A stretch of DNA of 64,000 bases from the human T2T-CHM13v2.0 reference genome, Homo sapiens, in the NCBI GenBank assembly GCA_009914755.4, contig CP068257.2, forward strand, positions 7,744,001-7,808,000, read 5' to 3'. Made by a program: the position numbers and the translations under genes. Positions within the stretch are counted from its first letter, which is position 1; every line of letters begins with the position of its first letter. Below, piece by piece: positions 34,251 through 52,299 of this stretch. The notes beneath the pieces were generated by a model, which saw nothing but the letters and a program-made list of their open reading frames with translations, had not been told where the DNA came from and did not search any database.

Positions 34251-36238
34251 CCAAGATACATATTTTCTAAATGAAAAAAAAATTCAAATGTACTCTGCTT
34301 GGTACAAGAATCAAATATTTAAACTGAGGAATAAAACATAACCATGAAACATATTTATAACTGCATATGGAAAATACAGAGGATAATTTTCTAAATAACA
34401 TATTTTGAAAGCATTAAGTAGTAATTTGAAGAGTTCGCATTTCAAAGGCCAGTATGAATATACCTTCAATGCAGCAACATAGGTTCCCCATGAGAAAAAT
34501 CAAAATCAGGGAAAATAAAACCACAAAGGTTCAATCTGTTCTGACCTTTGAAAAACACAGCACAGGCAGTGGCCCTTAGGACCAAGAGCAGGAGATCCCT
34601 AATCTCGTCACCATGGCGATAGGGCATCAACTTTGCAGGGTGAGGTAACAATCCACATTGTGAGGTCCAACTGCTGCCAGGAAGACAGGAGTGCTTTTAC
34701 CTAGACTGAAAGGTCATTGAAGGCTCAGTGTTTTGTTTCAAAAACTGAATCCCAAGCCCACACATTATTATGCTGTGCTTCTTAAAATAAGTTATGAGAT
34801 GGGAAATAGGGCACCCACATATATATATATAGTATACATAATAATATATAGTATAATATACATAATATTTATAAAATACATATAATTTTGTTTTACATCC
34901 TGCATCTATTATATATATTATATGTAATATAATTGATAAAATACATTATATATCTACAATGACATATAATATATATATTTTATGAGATATATATTATATA
35001 TCACATAAATATTACAAGTATAATAAACGTATTAAGTATATAACATACATTATATGTATTATATATGTAACATATGATACATAATAATATATAACAGCAT
35101 ATAATTATATATATACAATATGACATATATATTTTGACATATATATAATATGCATTATATATTATATATATAATAATTTATATGTATAATACATATATTA
35201 AATATATAATATGTATATGTTATATATTATATATAAGCTATGTTACATATTATATATACTATGTTATATATTATATATGTTATATACTATATATGTTATA
35301 TATAATATATGAGTTATATGTAATGTATTATTTAATATAATATAATGTATATCATATATTACATATAATATACACCATATATTATATATAATATATGCAA
35401 TATATGGTATATGATATATATAATACACCAGATGATATATATGATATACAATACATGATATATAATATATAACATATGATACATAATATATATGGTATAT
35501 AATATATATTATATGATATATATTATATATGTTTTATATTATATTATATATAAATATTTTATATTATATATAACTATACAATTATATGTAACTGCATATT
35601 ACATTATATATAAATATATAATATTAACATATATAATGTTACTATATATTTCGTATATTATTATATATATTATATATAACATAATATATATTATATATCA
35701 AAATATGTCACATACATAATGTTAAAATATATATTATATTATGATATATTAAAAAACATATATTATGTAAAATATATTGTATATTATATATTATATATTT
35801 TATATTTAATATATTATATTATATATTATTATACTTAGTTATATAATTATACATATAACTATATAATTATATATAATTATTTATATTATGTATATAATTA
35901 TATGATTATACAAGTATTTATATTACATATAATTATATAATTATGTATACTATGTTATATATAAAATATATATAACATAAAATATATATATTATATATCA
36001 TATATGATAGATATGTTATATATTATATTACATATAACTATATGTTATATAATATATAAATATATATTTTCATCTATGACATATAATAATGTATATGTAT
36101 TATATATTATATACATTATGTAATATATATAATACATATAATATATATGACATGATAAATATATATGACATAATATATATGATAGTTTATATTACATATT
36201 AAACATGTTATATAATTTGTAATATATATCATACATAA

Positions 36239-36529
<291 letters not shown>

Positions 36530-38104
36530 AAGATACATATGTTTTAAATGAAAAAAAATTTCAAAGGTACTCTGCTTGGTACAACAATCAAATATATAAT
36601 CTGAGGAATAAAACATAACCATGAAACATATTTATAACTGAATATGGAAAATACAGATAACATTTTAAATACTATGTTTTGAAAGCATTAACTAGTAATT
36701 TGAAGAGTTTGCATTTGAAAGGCCAGTATGAATATACCTTCAATGCAGCAACATAGGTTCCCCATGAGAAAAATCAAAATCAGGGGAAATAAAACCACAA
36801 AGGTTCAATCTGTTCTGACCTTTGAAAAACACAGCACAGACAGTGGCCCTTAGGACCAAGAGCAGGAGATCCCTAATCCCGTCACCATGGCGATAGGGCA
36901 TAAACATTGCAGGGTGAGGGCACAATCCACATTGTGAGGTCCAACTGCTGCCAGGAAGACAGGAGAGCTTTTACATAGACTGAAAGGTCATTGAAGGTTC
37001 AGTGTTTTGTTTCAAAAACTGAATCCCAAGCACACACTTTATTATGCTGTGCTTCTTAAAATAAGTTATGAGATTGGAAATAGGGCATGCACATATATAT
37101 ATATATATGTTGTATACATAATAATATATAGTATAATATATATTTTTTTAAAATATATATAATTTTGTTTTACGTCCTGCATCTTATGTTATATATGTAA
37201 TACAATAATTGATAATATATAATTATTATATATCTACAAGATGACATATAATATACATTATATTTTATGAGATATATAATATATATTATATATCACATAT
37301 ATATTATAAGTATAATAATCATTAAATATATAATATACATATGTAATATATATATTATATCTAACATAAATATAATATATAATATGTAATAACATTATTA
37401 TATATACAATATCACATAATATATATATTTTATGACATATATAATACATATTATATATTATATATAATAATTAATATGTATAATACATATAATATGTATA
37501 TGTTATATATTATATATAAGTTACATGTTATATCTTATATATGCTGTTACATATATGTTATATACTATATATGACATATATAATATATATGTAATGTATT
37601 ATTTATTATATATAATATAATATATATCATATATTATATGTAATATACACCATATATTATATATAATATATAATATAAAATATATGGTATATGATATATA
37701 TATTATACCAGATATATATATGATATATAATACATGATATATAATATACAATATATGATATATAATATATATGGTATATAATATATACTATATGATATAT
37801 ATTATATATGTTTTATATTATAGTATATATAAATATTTATTATATATAACTACAATATATGTATATATTATATTATATATAACTATATAATATTAACATA
37901 ATTTTATTATATATTTCATGTTATATCAACATATATTATGTTATATATTATATATTATATATCACATATTACATTATATATTATATATCAAATATATGTT
38001 ACATACATAATATTAAAATATATATTATATTATGATATATTGAATATATATATTATGTATCATATATTTTATATTATATATTATATTATATATTTTGTTA
38101 TATA

Positions 38105-38460
38105 TTATATTATATATACTTATAGTTATATAATTATACATATAACTATATAATTATATAATTATATAATTATACATATAACTATATAATTATATAATTA
38201 TATAATTATACATATAACTATATAATTATATAATTATATAATTATACATATAACTATATAATTATATAATTATATAATTATATTATGTATATAATTATAT
38301 AATTATATTATGTATATAATTATATATATAATTATATTATGTATATAATTATATAATTATATATATAATTATATTATGTATATAATTATATATATAATTA
38401 TATTATGTATATAATTATATACATAATTACATTGTGTATATAATTATATGATTATATAAG
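38105..38460. repeat. Micro-tandem expansions private to the AT-rich core of macro-copy 3: a ~36-bp unit (acatataactat + 3x ataattat) x4, then a ~30-bp unit (ataattatattatgtatataattatat) x5
   Basis: Direct reading of 38100-38460. The corresponding region in other copies lacks these extra iterations, which accounts for the longer unit 2-to-3 spacing. Confidence 0.7.
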
Positions 38461-38746
38461 TATTTATATTATATATAATTATATACTTATATGTTATATT
38501 ATATATAAAATAATATGACATAAAATATATATATTATATCATATATGATATATTAGATATGTTATATATTACATATAACTATGTTATATAATATATATAT
38601 ATTTTCATCTATAAGATATATAATAATATATATGTATTATATATATTACATAATATATAATATATAATATATGTAACATGACATATGATAAATATATATT
38701 ATGACATATGTGATATTATATATTACATATAAAGCATATTATATAA

Positions 38747-39054
<308 letters not shown>

Positions 39055-41022
39055 AAGATACATATTTTTAAAAGGAAAAAAATTTCAAAGGTACTCTGCT
39101 TGGTACAAGAATCAAATATATAAACTGAGGAATAAAACATAACCATGAATCATATTTATAACTGCATATGGAAAACACAGAGGATAATTTTTTAAATAAT
39201 ATATTTTGAAAGCATTAACCAGTAATTTGAAGAGTTCGCATTTGAAAGGCCAGTATGAATATACCTTCAATGCAGCAACATAGGTTTCCCATGAGAAAAA
39301 TCAAAATCAGGGAAAATAAAACCACAAAGGTTCAATCTGTTCTGACCTTTGAAAAACACAGCACAGGCAGTGGCCCTTAGGACCAAGAGTAGGAGATCCC
39401 TAATCCCGTCACCATGGCGATAGGGCATCAACATTGCAGGGTGAGGGCCCAATCCACACTGTGAGATCCAACTGCTGCCAGGAAGACAGGAGTGCTTTTA
39501 CCTAGACCGAAAGCTCATTGAAGGCTCAGTGTTTTCTTTCAAAAACTGAATCCCAAGCCCACACATTATGCTGTGCTTCTTAAAATAAGTTATGAGATGG
39601 GAAATAGGGCACCCACAATATATATATACATATATTATATATATAATAATATATAGTATAATATATATAATATAAACAACATATATAATTTTGTTTTACA
39701 TCCTGCATATTATATATGTAATATAATAATTGATAATATATAATTATATGTATAAAATATGAAATATATATATTTTAAGACATATATAATATATATTATA
39801 TATCACATATACATTATATGTATAATACACCTATTAAATATATAATATACATTATATAATATAGATACTATATCCATGTTATATATTATATATAATATAT
39901 AATACATAATTATATATGTACAATATGACACAATATATATTTTATGACATTTATATAATATAAATTATATATTATATATACTTTATACGTATAATACATA
40001 TATTAAATATATATTATATGTATATGTTATATATTATATATATGATATATGTTATATATTATATAAAATATATGTTATATGTTATATGTTATATACAATA
40101 TATGTTATATATAATGTTATATATAATGTATAATTTATTATAGATAATAGAATGTATATCATATATTATATATAATATACACCATATATTATAATATATA
40201 ATATACAATATATGGTATATGAGATATATATCACATATGATATATATGATATATAATATATGACATAATATATATGCTATATAATATATATTATATGATA
40301 TATATTATATATGTTTTATATTATATATAACTAATATATACAACTATATAATACATATAAATATATAATACACTATTATAGAGGAATATATAATAGTATA
40401 TTATATAGAACTATATAATATTAAGTTATATAACATTTTATTATATGTTATATAACATATATATTACATTATATTATTATATATTACACAATATATATTA
40501 TATATCACATAATATGTTACATACACAATATTGAAATATACATTATGTTATATTAAATATATATATTATGTAGATGTTGTATACTATATATTATATATTA
40601 TACATTATATATTTATTATTATATTATATATAATTATACTTAGTTATATAGTTATACATATAACTATATAATTATATAATTACATACATAATTATTTATA
40701 TTATATATAAAAATATGATTATATAATTATATTACATATAATTATATATTTTATTACATATAAAATATAATATATAACATACAATATATATGTTATATAT
40801 CATGTATGATATATTAGATATATTATACATTATATATAACTATATGTTACATTATATATAACTATGTATTCTCCTCTATAAGATATATAATATGTATTAT
40901 GTATTATATATATTATGTAATATAATATATATTATATATAAAATAACATATAAATATTATATATTATGACATATAATATATATATTATATATTACTTAGA
41001 AAGCATATCATATAATATATAA

Positions 41023-41328
<306 letters not shown>

Positions 41329-43956
41329 AAGATACATACTTTTCAAATGAAAAAAAGTTTCAGAAGTACTCTGCTTGGTACAACAATCAAATATAAAAAC
41401 TGAGGAATAAAACATAACCATGAATCATATTTATAACTGCATATGGAAAATACAGAAGATAATTTTCTAAATAACATATTTGGAAAGCATTAACTAGTAA
41501 TTTGAAGAGTTCGCATTTGAAAGGCCAGTATGAATATACCTTCAATGCAGCAACATAGGTTCCCCATGAGAAAAATCAAAATCAGGGAAAATAAAACCAC
41601 AAAGGTTCAATCTGTTCTGACCTTTGAAAAACACAGCACAGGCAGTGGCCCTTAGGACCAAGAGCAGGAGATCCCTAATCTCGTCACCATGGCGATAGGG
41701 CATAAACATTGCAGGGTGAGGGCACAATCCACATTGTGAGGTACAACTGCTTCCAGGAAGACAGGAGTGCTTTTTCATAGACCGAAACGTCATTGAAGGC
41801 TCAGTGTTTTCTTTCAAGAACTGAATCCCAAGCCCACACATTATTATGCTGTGCTTCTTAAAATAAGTTATGAGATGGGAAATAGGGCACCCACATATAT
41901 ATATATATATTATATATATAATAATATATAGTATAATGTAAATAATATATATAAAATATATGTAATTTTGTTTTAAATCCTGCATCTTATATATATTATA
42001 TGTAATATAATAATTGATAACACATAATTATATATATACTATATGACATATAATGTATATTATATTTTAAGACATATATATTATATATCACATATATAGT
42101 ATATTATATGTATAATATATGTATTAAATATATAATATACATTAGATATCATATATTATATCTTTCATATATAATATACAATATATAATAATATATAATT
42201 ATATATATACAATATGACATATATATATTCTATGAGATATATAATATATATTATGTATTATATATATTATATGCATAATACATATATTAAATATATATAT
42301 GTATGTTATATATTATATATAATTTATGTTATATATTAAATATGTTGTATACAATATATATTTTATATATAATATATAATGTTATATATAATGTATCATT
42401 TATCATATATAATATAATATATATCATACATTATATATAATATACACCATATGTGATATATAATATATAATATACGATGTATGGTATATGATATATATAA
42501 CATATAATATATCATATATGACCTATAATATATGATATATAATACAAAATATATGATACATAATATATATGGTATATGATATATACTGTGATATATACTA
42601 TATGATTTATATTTTATATAAATATTTAATATTATAACTATATATTATATATAGCTATATATTACATATAACTATATATTATATATAACTACATAATATA
42701 TTATGTATAGCTATATAATATTAAGTTATATATAATTTATATTTTTTATATAACAATATATTATATATTATATTATATTATTATATATTACATAATATAG
42801 ATTATATATCACAAAATATATGTTACATACATAATATTAAAGTATACATTATATTATATTAAATATCATATATATTATGTATCATATATTATATATTACA
42901 TATTATATATTATATATTTTATACGTTATATATTACAATATTATATATTATACTTAGTTATATAATTATACATATAACTATATAATTATATTATAAATAT
43001 AACTATATTATTATATAATTATATATAATAATTTATGTAATATATAATTATATGATTATATAATTATATTATATATAATTATATCATATAATTATTTATA
43101 TTATATATAATTATATCATTATATAATTATTTATATTATATATAATTGTATAATTATATATATTATATTATATATTAAATATCATATATAACATAAAATA
43201 TATATTATACCTCATATGTATTATGATGTATTATACATCAACTATATATTATATATAAATATATAATATACTATTATATATAACTATATAATATTAAATT
43301 ATATATAACTATATAATATAAAGTTATATAAAATCTTATTATATATTTTATATAATATATCATGATATATCATATATTACATTATATTATATATTACATA
43401 ATATATATTATATATCACATGATATATGTTACATACATAATATTAAAATCTACATTATAGTATGATATATTAAAATCATATATATTATGTATCATATATT
43501 GTATATTATATATTATACATTACATATATTTTATATTGTATTATATATTACACTTATAGTTATATAAATATACATATAACTATAGTTATATAATTATATA
43601 CATAGTTATATTATATATAATTATATGATTATAACTATTTAGATTATATACAATTATATAATGACATATATTTTATTACATATAAAATATAATATATAAC
43701 ATAAAATATATATATTATATATTATATATGATATATTAGATATGTTATATATTATATCTAACTATATGTTATGTTATATATAAATATATATTTTCATCTA
43801 TATGATATATAATGTATATGTATTTTATACTATATATTATGCAATATATATAATATACATAATATGACATATGATAATTATATAGTATGACAATATATGA
43901 CATTATATATTACATATAAAGCATAGTATATAATATATAATATATATCATATATAA

Positions 43957-44247
<291 letters not shown>

Positions 44248-46075
44248 AAGATACATATGTTTTAAATGAAAAAAAATTTCAAAGGTACTCTGCTTGGTAC
44301 AAGAATCAAATATATAAACTGAGGAATAAAACATAACCATGAATCATATTTATAACTGCATATGGAAAACACAGAGGATAATTTTTAAATAACATATTTT
44401 GAAAGCATTAACTAGTAATTTGAAGAGTTCGCATTTGAAAGGCCAGTATGAATATACCTTCAATGCAGCAACATAGGTTCCCCATGAGAAAAATCAAAAT
44501 CAGGGAAAATAAAACCACAAAGGTTCAATCTGTTCTGACCTTTGAAAAACACAGCACAGGCAGTGGCCCTTAGGACCAAGAGCAGGAGATCCCTAATCTC
44601 GTCACCATGGCGATAGGGCATAAACATTGCAGGGTGAGGGCACAATCCACATTGTGAGGTCCAACTGCTGCCAGGAAGACAGGAGTGCTTTTACATAGAC
44701 CGAAAGGTCATTGAAGGCTCAGTGTTTTGTTTCAAAAACTGAATCCCAAGCCCACACATTATAATGCTGTGCTTCTTAAAATAAGTTATGAGATGGGAAA
44801 TAGGGCACCCACAAATATATATATATTATATATATATAGTATAATATATATAATATATATAACATATATATAATTTTGTTACATCTTGCATCTTATATAT
44901 ATTATATGTAATATAATTGATAATATATAATTACATATATACATGACATAATATATATTTTATGACATATATAATAAAAATTATATATCACATATATATT
45001 ATATGTATAATATACGCATTAAATATATAATATACATTATATATAATATATATAGTATCTGTTATATATAATATATAATATATAATATATATACAATATG
45101 ACATATAATATATATTATATTTGACATATATTATATATTATATAATACATAATATGTATCATACATATATTATATATTATATGTATGTGTTATATATTAT
45201 GTATAATACATGTGATATGTTACATACTATATATGTTATATATAATATATGTTATAATTTTTAATTTATTATATATAATATAATGTATATCATATATTAT
45301 ATATAATATACACCATAGATTATATGTAATATATAATATACAATATATTAATATACAATATATGGTATATGACATATATATCATATGATATATATGCTAT
45401 ATAATATATGATATATAACATCCAATATATGATACGAAATATATATGATATATAATATATATTATACCATATACATTAACTATGATTTATATTATATATA
45501 ACTATATTGTATATAACTATATATTATATAAAACCATATATTATATATAATTATATATTATATGATATATATTATATTATTATATATTACCTAATATATA
45601 TTATATATCATATGTTACATATATAATATGAATATATATATTATGATGTATTAAATATCACATATATTATGTATCATATATTGTATATTATATATTATAT
45701 ATTATATATGTGATGTATTATATATAATTACATATAATTATATAATTATACATATAACTATATAATCATATAATTATATATACAATTATTTATATTATAT
45801 ATAATTATATAATTATATACATTTATATTATATATAATTATATTATATATATAATATATAAAATATAATACGTAATATAAAATATATATATCATATATGA
45901 TATACTATATATATGTTGTACATTATATATAACTATGTTATATGACATATAATTATATATTTTCATATATAAGTTATATAATAATGTATAATATGTATTA
46001 TATATTATATGTATTATGTAATACATAATATATATAATATATATAATATGACATGATATATATTATGACATATAA

Positions 46076-46419
<344 letters not shown>

Positions 46420-47992
46420 TAAGGTATATATTTTTTAAATGAAAAATAATTTCAAAGGTACTCTGCTTGGTACAATAATCAAATATATAAATTGAGGAAT
46501 AAAACAGAACCATGAAACATATTTATAACTGCATATGGAAAATACAGAGGATAATTTTTTAAATAACATATTTTGAAAGCATTAACTAGTAATTTGAAGA
46601 GTTTGCATTTGACAGGCCAGTATGAACATACCTTGAATGCAGCAACACAGGTTCCCCATGAGAAAAATGAAAATCAGGGAAAATGAAACCACAAAGGCTC
46701 AATCTGCTCTGACCTTTGAAAAATTCAGCACAGACAGTGGCACTTAAGACCAAGGGCAGGAGATGCCTAATCCCATCACCATGGCGATAGGGCATAAAGA
46801 TTCCAGGGTGAAGGCACAATGCACATTGTGAGGTCCAACAGCTGCCATGCAGACAGGTGTGCTTTTACAGGTAGAGGAAGCTCATTGAAGGCTCAGTGTT
46901 TTGTTTCAAAAATTGAATCCCAAGCCCACACATTATTATGCTGTGCTTCTTAAAATAATTTATGAGATGAGAAATAGAGCACCACCAAATAAATATTATA
47001 TATATAAGTATACATAATTATATATAATATATGTATTATATATTTATATATATAATTTCCTTTTACCTCCTGCATCCTTATATATATTATATATAATATA
47101 ATATATAATAATATATAATTATTACATGCAATATATGTAATATAATTATATATGTAATTATATATAATTATATATATAATTACATATAATATATAATTAT
47201 ATATATTATAAAATATATTATACATAATATATAATATATAATAAATTATATGACATACAGTATATAATATAGATTATATAAAATATATGTCATATATAAT
47301 ATATATCATATATAATAGATAATATAATATATATTATATTTTATATAAAATATATTATATATAATATATAAGTTTATATTATATATAAGTATATAATATA
47401 TAATATATTATGATATATTATATATAATGTATAGTATAATTATATGATAATTATATAAAATATAATAAATAACATATATTATATATCATATATGTTATAT
47501 ATGTATTTTATCTTATATAGTATATATCATATATGAAAAATAATATATATATTATATACCATACATGATATATAATATATATCACATATACCATGATATA
47601 TAATATACAGTATATATATTATAGATTATAACATATTACATACTATAGATTAAATATATATATTATATTTAATATATATTATATATATCATATTATATAT
47701 GACATATCATATATATAATATATATTATATATCATATTATATATGACATATCATATATATTATATGATATATCATATATGTGATATATATAATATATATT
47801 ATATAATATATATCATATATATGATGTATTATATATAATTTATATAATATATACTGTATCATATATATGATATATATATGATACTATATATTATATATAT
47901 TATATATAGTATGACATACTATATGTATTGCATATATTATATATTACATATATAATATATAATATATGTAATGTATATTATATATATATAAT

Positions 47993-48281
47993 TTTTTTCA
48001 GACAGAGTCTTCTTCTGTTGCACAGGCTGTAGTGCAATAGCGCCATCTTGGCTCACTCTAATCTCTGCCTCACGGGTTCAAGCGATTTTCCTACCTCAGC
48101 CTCCCAGGTTGCGGGGAATACACCACACTGGGACTACACCAGCTGCCACCATGCCTGGCTAATTATTTGTATTTTTAGTAGAGACAGGGTTTCACTGTAT
48201 TGGCCGGGATGGTCTTGATCTCCTCACCTTTTGATCCTCTTGACTTGGCCTCCCAAAGTGCTCGGATTACAGGTCTGAGCC
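47993..48281 (-). mobile_element. Alu, macro-repeat copy 7 (diverged subfamily)
   Basis: Alu antisense sequence, ancestral-type like copy 6. Confidence 0.85.
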
Positions 48282-49851
48282 AAGATACATATTTTTTAAA
48301 TGAAGAAAAATTTCTAAGGTACTCTGCTTGGTACAATAATCAAATATATAAATTGATTAATAAAACATAACCATGAAACATATTTATAACTGCATATGGA
48401 AAATACAGTGGATAATTTTTTAAATAGGATATTTTGAAAGCATTAACTAGTAATTTGAAGAGTTCGCATTTGACAGGCCAGTATGAACATACGTTGAATG
48501 CAGCAACACAGGTTCCCCATAAGAAAAATCAAAATCAGGGAAAATGAAACCACAAATGTTCAATCTGCTGTGACCTTCGAAAAATTCAGCACAGACAGTG
48601 GCACTTAGGACCAAGGGCAGGAGATCCCTAATCCCATCACCATGGCGATAGGGTATAAACATTCCACGGTGAAGGCACAATCCACATTGTGAGGTCCAAC
48701 TGCTGCCATGCAGACAGTTGTGCTTTTACATGTACAGGAAGGTCATTGAAGGCTCATTGTTCTGTTTCAAAAACTGAATCCCAAGCCCACATATTATTAT
48801 GCTGTGCTTCTTAAAATAAGTTATTAGATTCGAAATAGGACACCCCCAAATATTTATATATATATAATTATAGATAATATAATATAAAATATATATAATA
48901 TATATATTATAGATATTTCCTTTTACATCCTGCATCCTGATATTATATATATTATATATGATATAATATAAAATATATAATTATATATATTGTATAATTA
49001 TATATAATTATATTTATATAATTATATATAATTATATTTATACAATTATATATAATTATATAATAATATATAATATATACTATATACATTATATATTATA
49101 TAATATATAATACATATAGTTTATATTATATATAATATATAATATATATAATATGTAGTATATAATATATACTACATATTATATATAATATATAGTTTAT
49201 ATTATATATAATATATAGTATATAATATATATGATATATATCATATTATAAGTACATTATATTATTATATATTATATTAAACATATAATATATATATTAT
49301 ATAGAATAATATTATATAATATATAATAATATTAAATTAAATAATAATTATAATATATATTATGATATATAATACAATATAATATATAATTACATATCTT
49401 ATAATATATAATATGTAATATATATCATATTTTATATATGTCATATATATTACATATCATATATATTCTATATCATACACAATATATAATATATATCATA
49501 TATGTAATTTATATCATATATAATATATATCATATATAATATATTACATATGAAATACATTATATATAATATATTATATATCACATATTATATATCATAT
49601 ATATAATATAATGACATATTATATGTAATATATATTATATATTATCATATATATTATATATAATATATAAGATATATAACATTTTATATACAATAAATTA
49701 TATATTTCATATAATATATATTCTATGTCATATATATTATATATAATATATGTAAATGACATAGAATATATATTATATATATCATATATTAGGGCATATT
49801 ATATATGATATATATTATATATTACATATGTCATTTATTATATATATATAA

Positions 49852-50150
<299 letters not shown>

Positions 50151-50775
50151 TATTTTTTAAATGAAGAAAAATTTCAAAGGTACTCTGCTTGGTACAATAA
50201 TCAAATATGTATATTGAGGAATAAAACATAACCATGAAACATATTTATAACTGCATATGGAAAATACAGAGGATAATTTTTTAAATAACAAATTTTGAAA
50301 GCATTAACTAATAATTTGAAAAGATCGCATTTGACAGGCCAGTATGAACATACCTCGATTGGAGGAACACAGGTTCCCCTTAAGAAAAATCAAAATCAGG
50401 GAAAATGAACCCACAAAAGTTCAATCTGCTCTGACCTTTGAAAAACTCAGCCCAGACAGTGGCACTTATGACCAAGGGCAGGAGATTCTAATCCCATCAC
50501 CATGGCGATAGGGCATAAACATTCCTGGGTGAAGGCACAATCCACATTGTGAGGTCCTACTGCTGCCATGCAGACAGGTGTGCTTTTACATGGACCGGAA
50601 GTTCATTGAAGGCTCAGTGTTTTTTTTCAAAAACTGAATCCCAAACCCACACATTATTATGCTGTGCTTCTTAAAATAAGTTATGAGATGGGAAATAGGG
50701 CACCCCCAAATATAGCCAATAGTGAGAGTTTCAAATTGAGGAAAGGCACAACTGATATGTTGAGAATAAACAGAG

Positions 50776-51980
50776 ATTCCATTCTGTTTTTTCTTTTTCA
50801 ACTTTTATGTTAGATTCAGGGTCTACATGTGCAGGTTTATTACCTGGGTGTATTGTGTGGTGCTGAGGTTTGGGGTGTGAATGATCCCAACACCCAGGTA
50901 CTGAACATGGTATTCAGCAGTTTTTCAACCTTTTCCTTCCTCCCTCCCCCTCCTAGCAGTCCCTAGTGTCTATTTTCACCATCTTCATATCCATGGGTAC
51001 TCAGAATTTAGCTCCTACTTATAGGAACATGAGGCGTTTGTTTTCTGTTACTACATTAGTTCACTTCCTGGATTCCAGCTGTAGCCATTTTCCCTCAAAG
51101 AACATAATTTCATTCTTTTTTGTGGCTGCATAGTATTCCATGGTCTATATGTACCACATTTTTATCCAGTCCACTGTTGATAGTCCACTGTTGATGGGCA
51201 CCTAGGTTGATCCCATGTCTTTGCTAATGTGAATAGTGTTGCAATAAACATACAAGTGCATATGTCTTTTTGGTGGAATGATTTGTTTTCTTTTGGATAC
51301 ATATTCGGTAATGAGGCTGCTGGGTTGAATGTTAGTTCGGTTTTATGTTCTTTGAGAAATCTCCAAATTGCTTTCCACAGTGGCTGAACTAAATTACATT
51401 CCCACCAAAGGTGTATAAGCATTCCCTTTTCTCCTTATCCTCGCCAGTATCTGCTATTTTTTTTTTTTTTACTTTTTAAAAATAGCCATTCTGACTGGTG
51501 TGAGATAATATCTCATTGTGGTTTTGATTTGCATTTCCCTCGTGATTAGTGATGATGAGCATTTTTTTCATGTTTGTTGGCTGCATGTATGTCTCCTTCT
51601 GAGAAGTGTCTATGTCTTTTGCCCCTTTTTAAATGGGGTTGTGTTTTGCTTGTTGAATTATGTTCCTTATAGATTCTAAATATTAGACCTTTGTTGGATG
51701 CATAGTTTGTGAATAATTTCCCCCATTCTGTAGGTTGTTTACTCTGCTGATGGTTTCCTTTGCTGTGTGGCAGCTCTTTAGTTTAATTAGGTCCCATTTG
51801 TCAACTTTTGCTTTTGTTGCAATTTCTTTTGAAGTCTTAGTCATGAATTATTTCCCATAGCCCATATCCAGAATGGTACTTTTGAAGTTTTTCTTCCAGG
51901 TTTATTTTAGTTTGAGGTCTTAAATTTAAATCTTTAATCCAACCTGAGTTAATTTTTGTATATGGTGAAAAGGTGACCAG
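50776..51980 (-). mobile_element. L1 (LINE-1, older primate subfamily), 3' terminal ~1.2 kb covering the ORF2 C-terminus and 3'UTR, antisense on the plus strand
   Basis: Plus-strand text matches the L1 antisense consensus (…tgtggctgcatagtattccatgg…, …gccattctgactggtgtgagat…atctcattgtggttttgatttgcatttcc…, …tctttagtttaattaggtcccatttgtcaa…). The minus-strand ORF 51162..51422 translates to an L1 ORF2 C-terminal-like peptide (WWECNLVQPLWKAIWRFLK…). Confidence 0.85.
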
Positions 51981-52283
51981 TTTTTTGTTTTTTTGTTTTT
52001 GTTTTTTGTTTTTTGAGAGGTAGTCTTCCTTTGTCACGAGGCTGTAGTGGAGTGGTGCCATCTCAGCTCACAGCAACCTCCACCTGCCGGGTTCAAGCGA
52101 TTCTCCTGCCTCAGCTTCCTGAGTCACTGGGATTACAGGCACGTGCTACCACACCCAGCTAATTTTTGTATTTTTAGTAGAGACAGGGTTTCACCATGTT
52201 GGCCTGGCTGGACTCGATCTTCTGACCTTGTGATCCTCCCACATTGGCCTCCCAAAGTGCTGGGATCACAGTCATGAGCCACT
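51981..52283 (-). mobile_element. Alu inserted into or adjacent to the L1, with a (caaaa)n-type degenerate A-tail
   Basis: A ttttttgtttttttgtttttgttttttg tail followed by Alu antisense sequence, ending …cccaaagtgctgggatcacagtcatgagccactgtgcctggcc. Confidence 0.9.
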
Positions 52284-52299
52284 GTGCCTGGCCAATAAG

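Noticed and set aside
51162-51422. An 86-aa minus-strand ORF
   Set aside because: It is a fragment of the L1 ORF2 C-terminus (WWECNLVQPLWK…CPSTVDYQQWTG) inside a truncated, mutated L1. It is not an independent gene.
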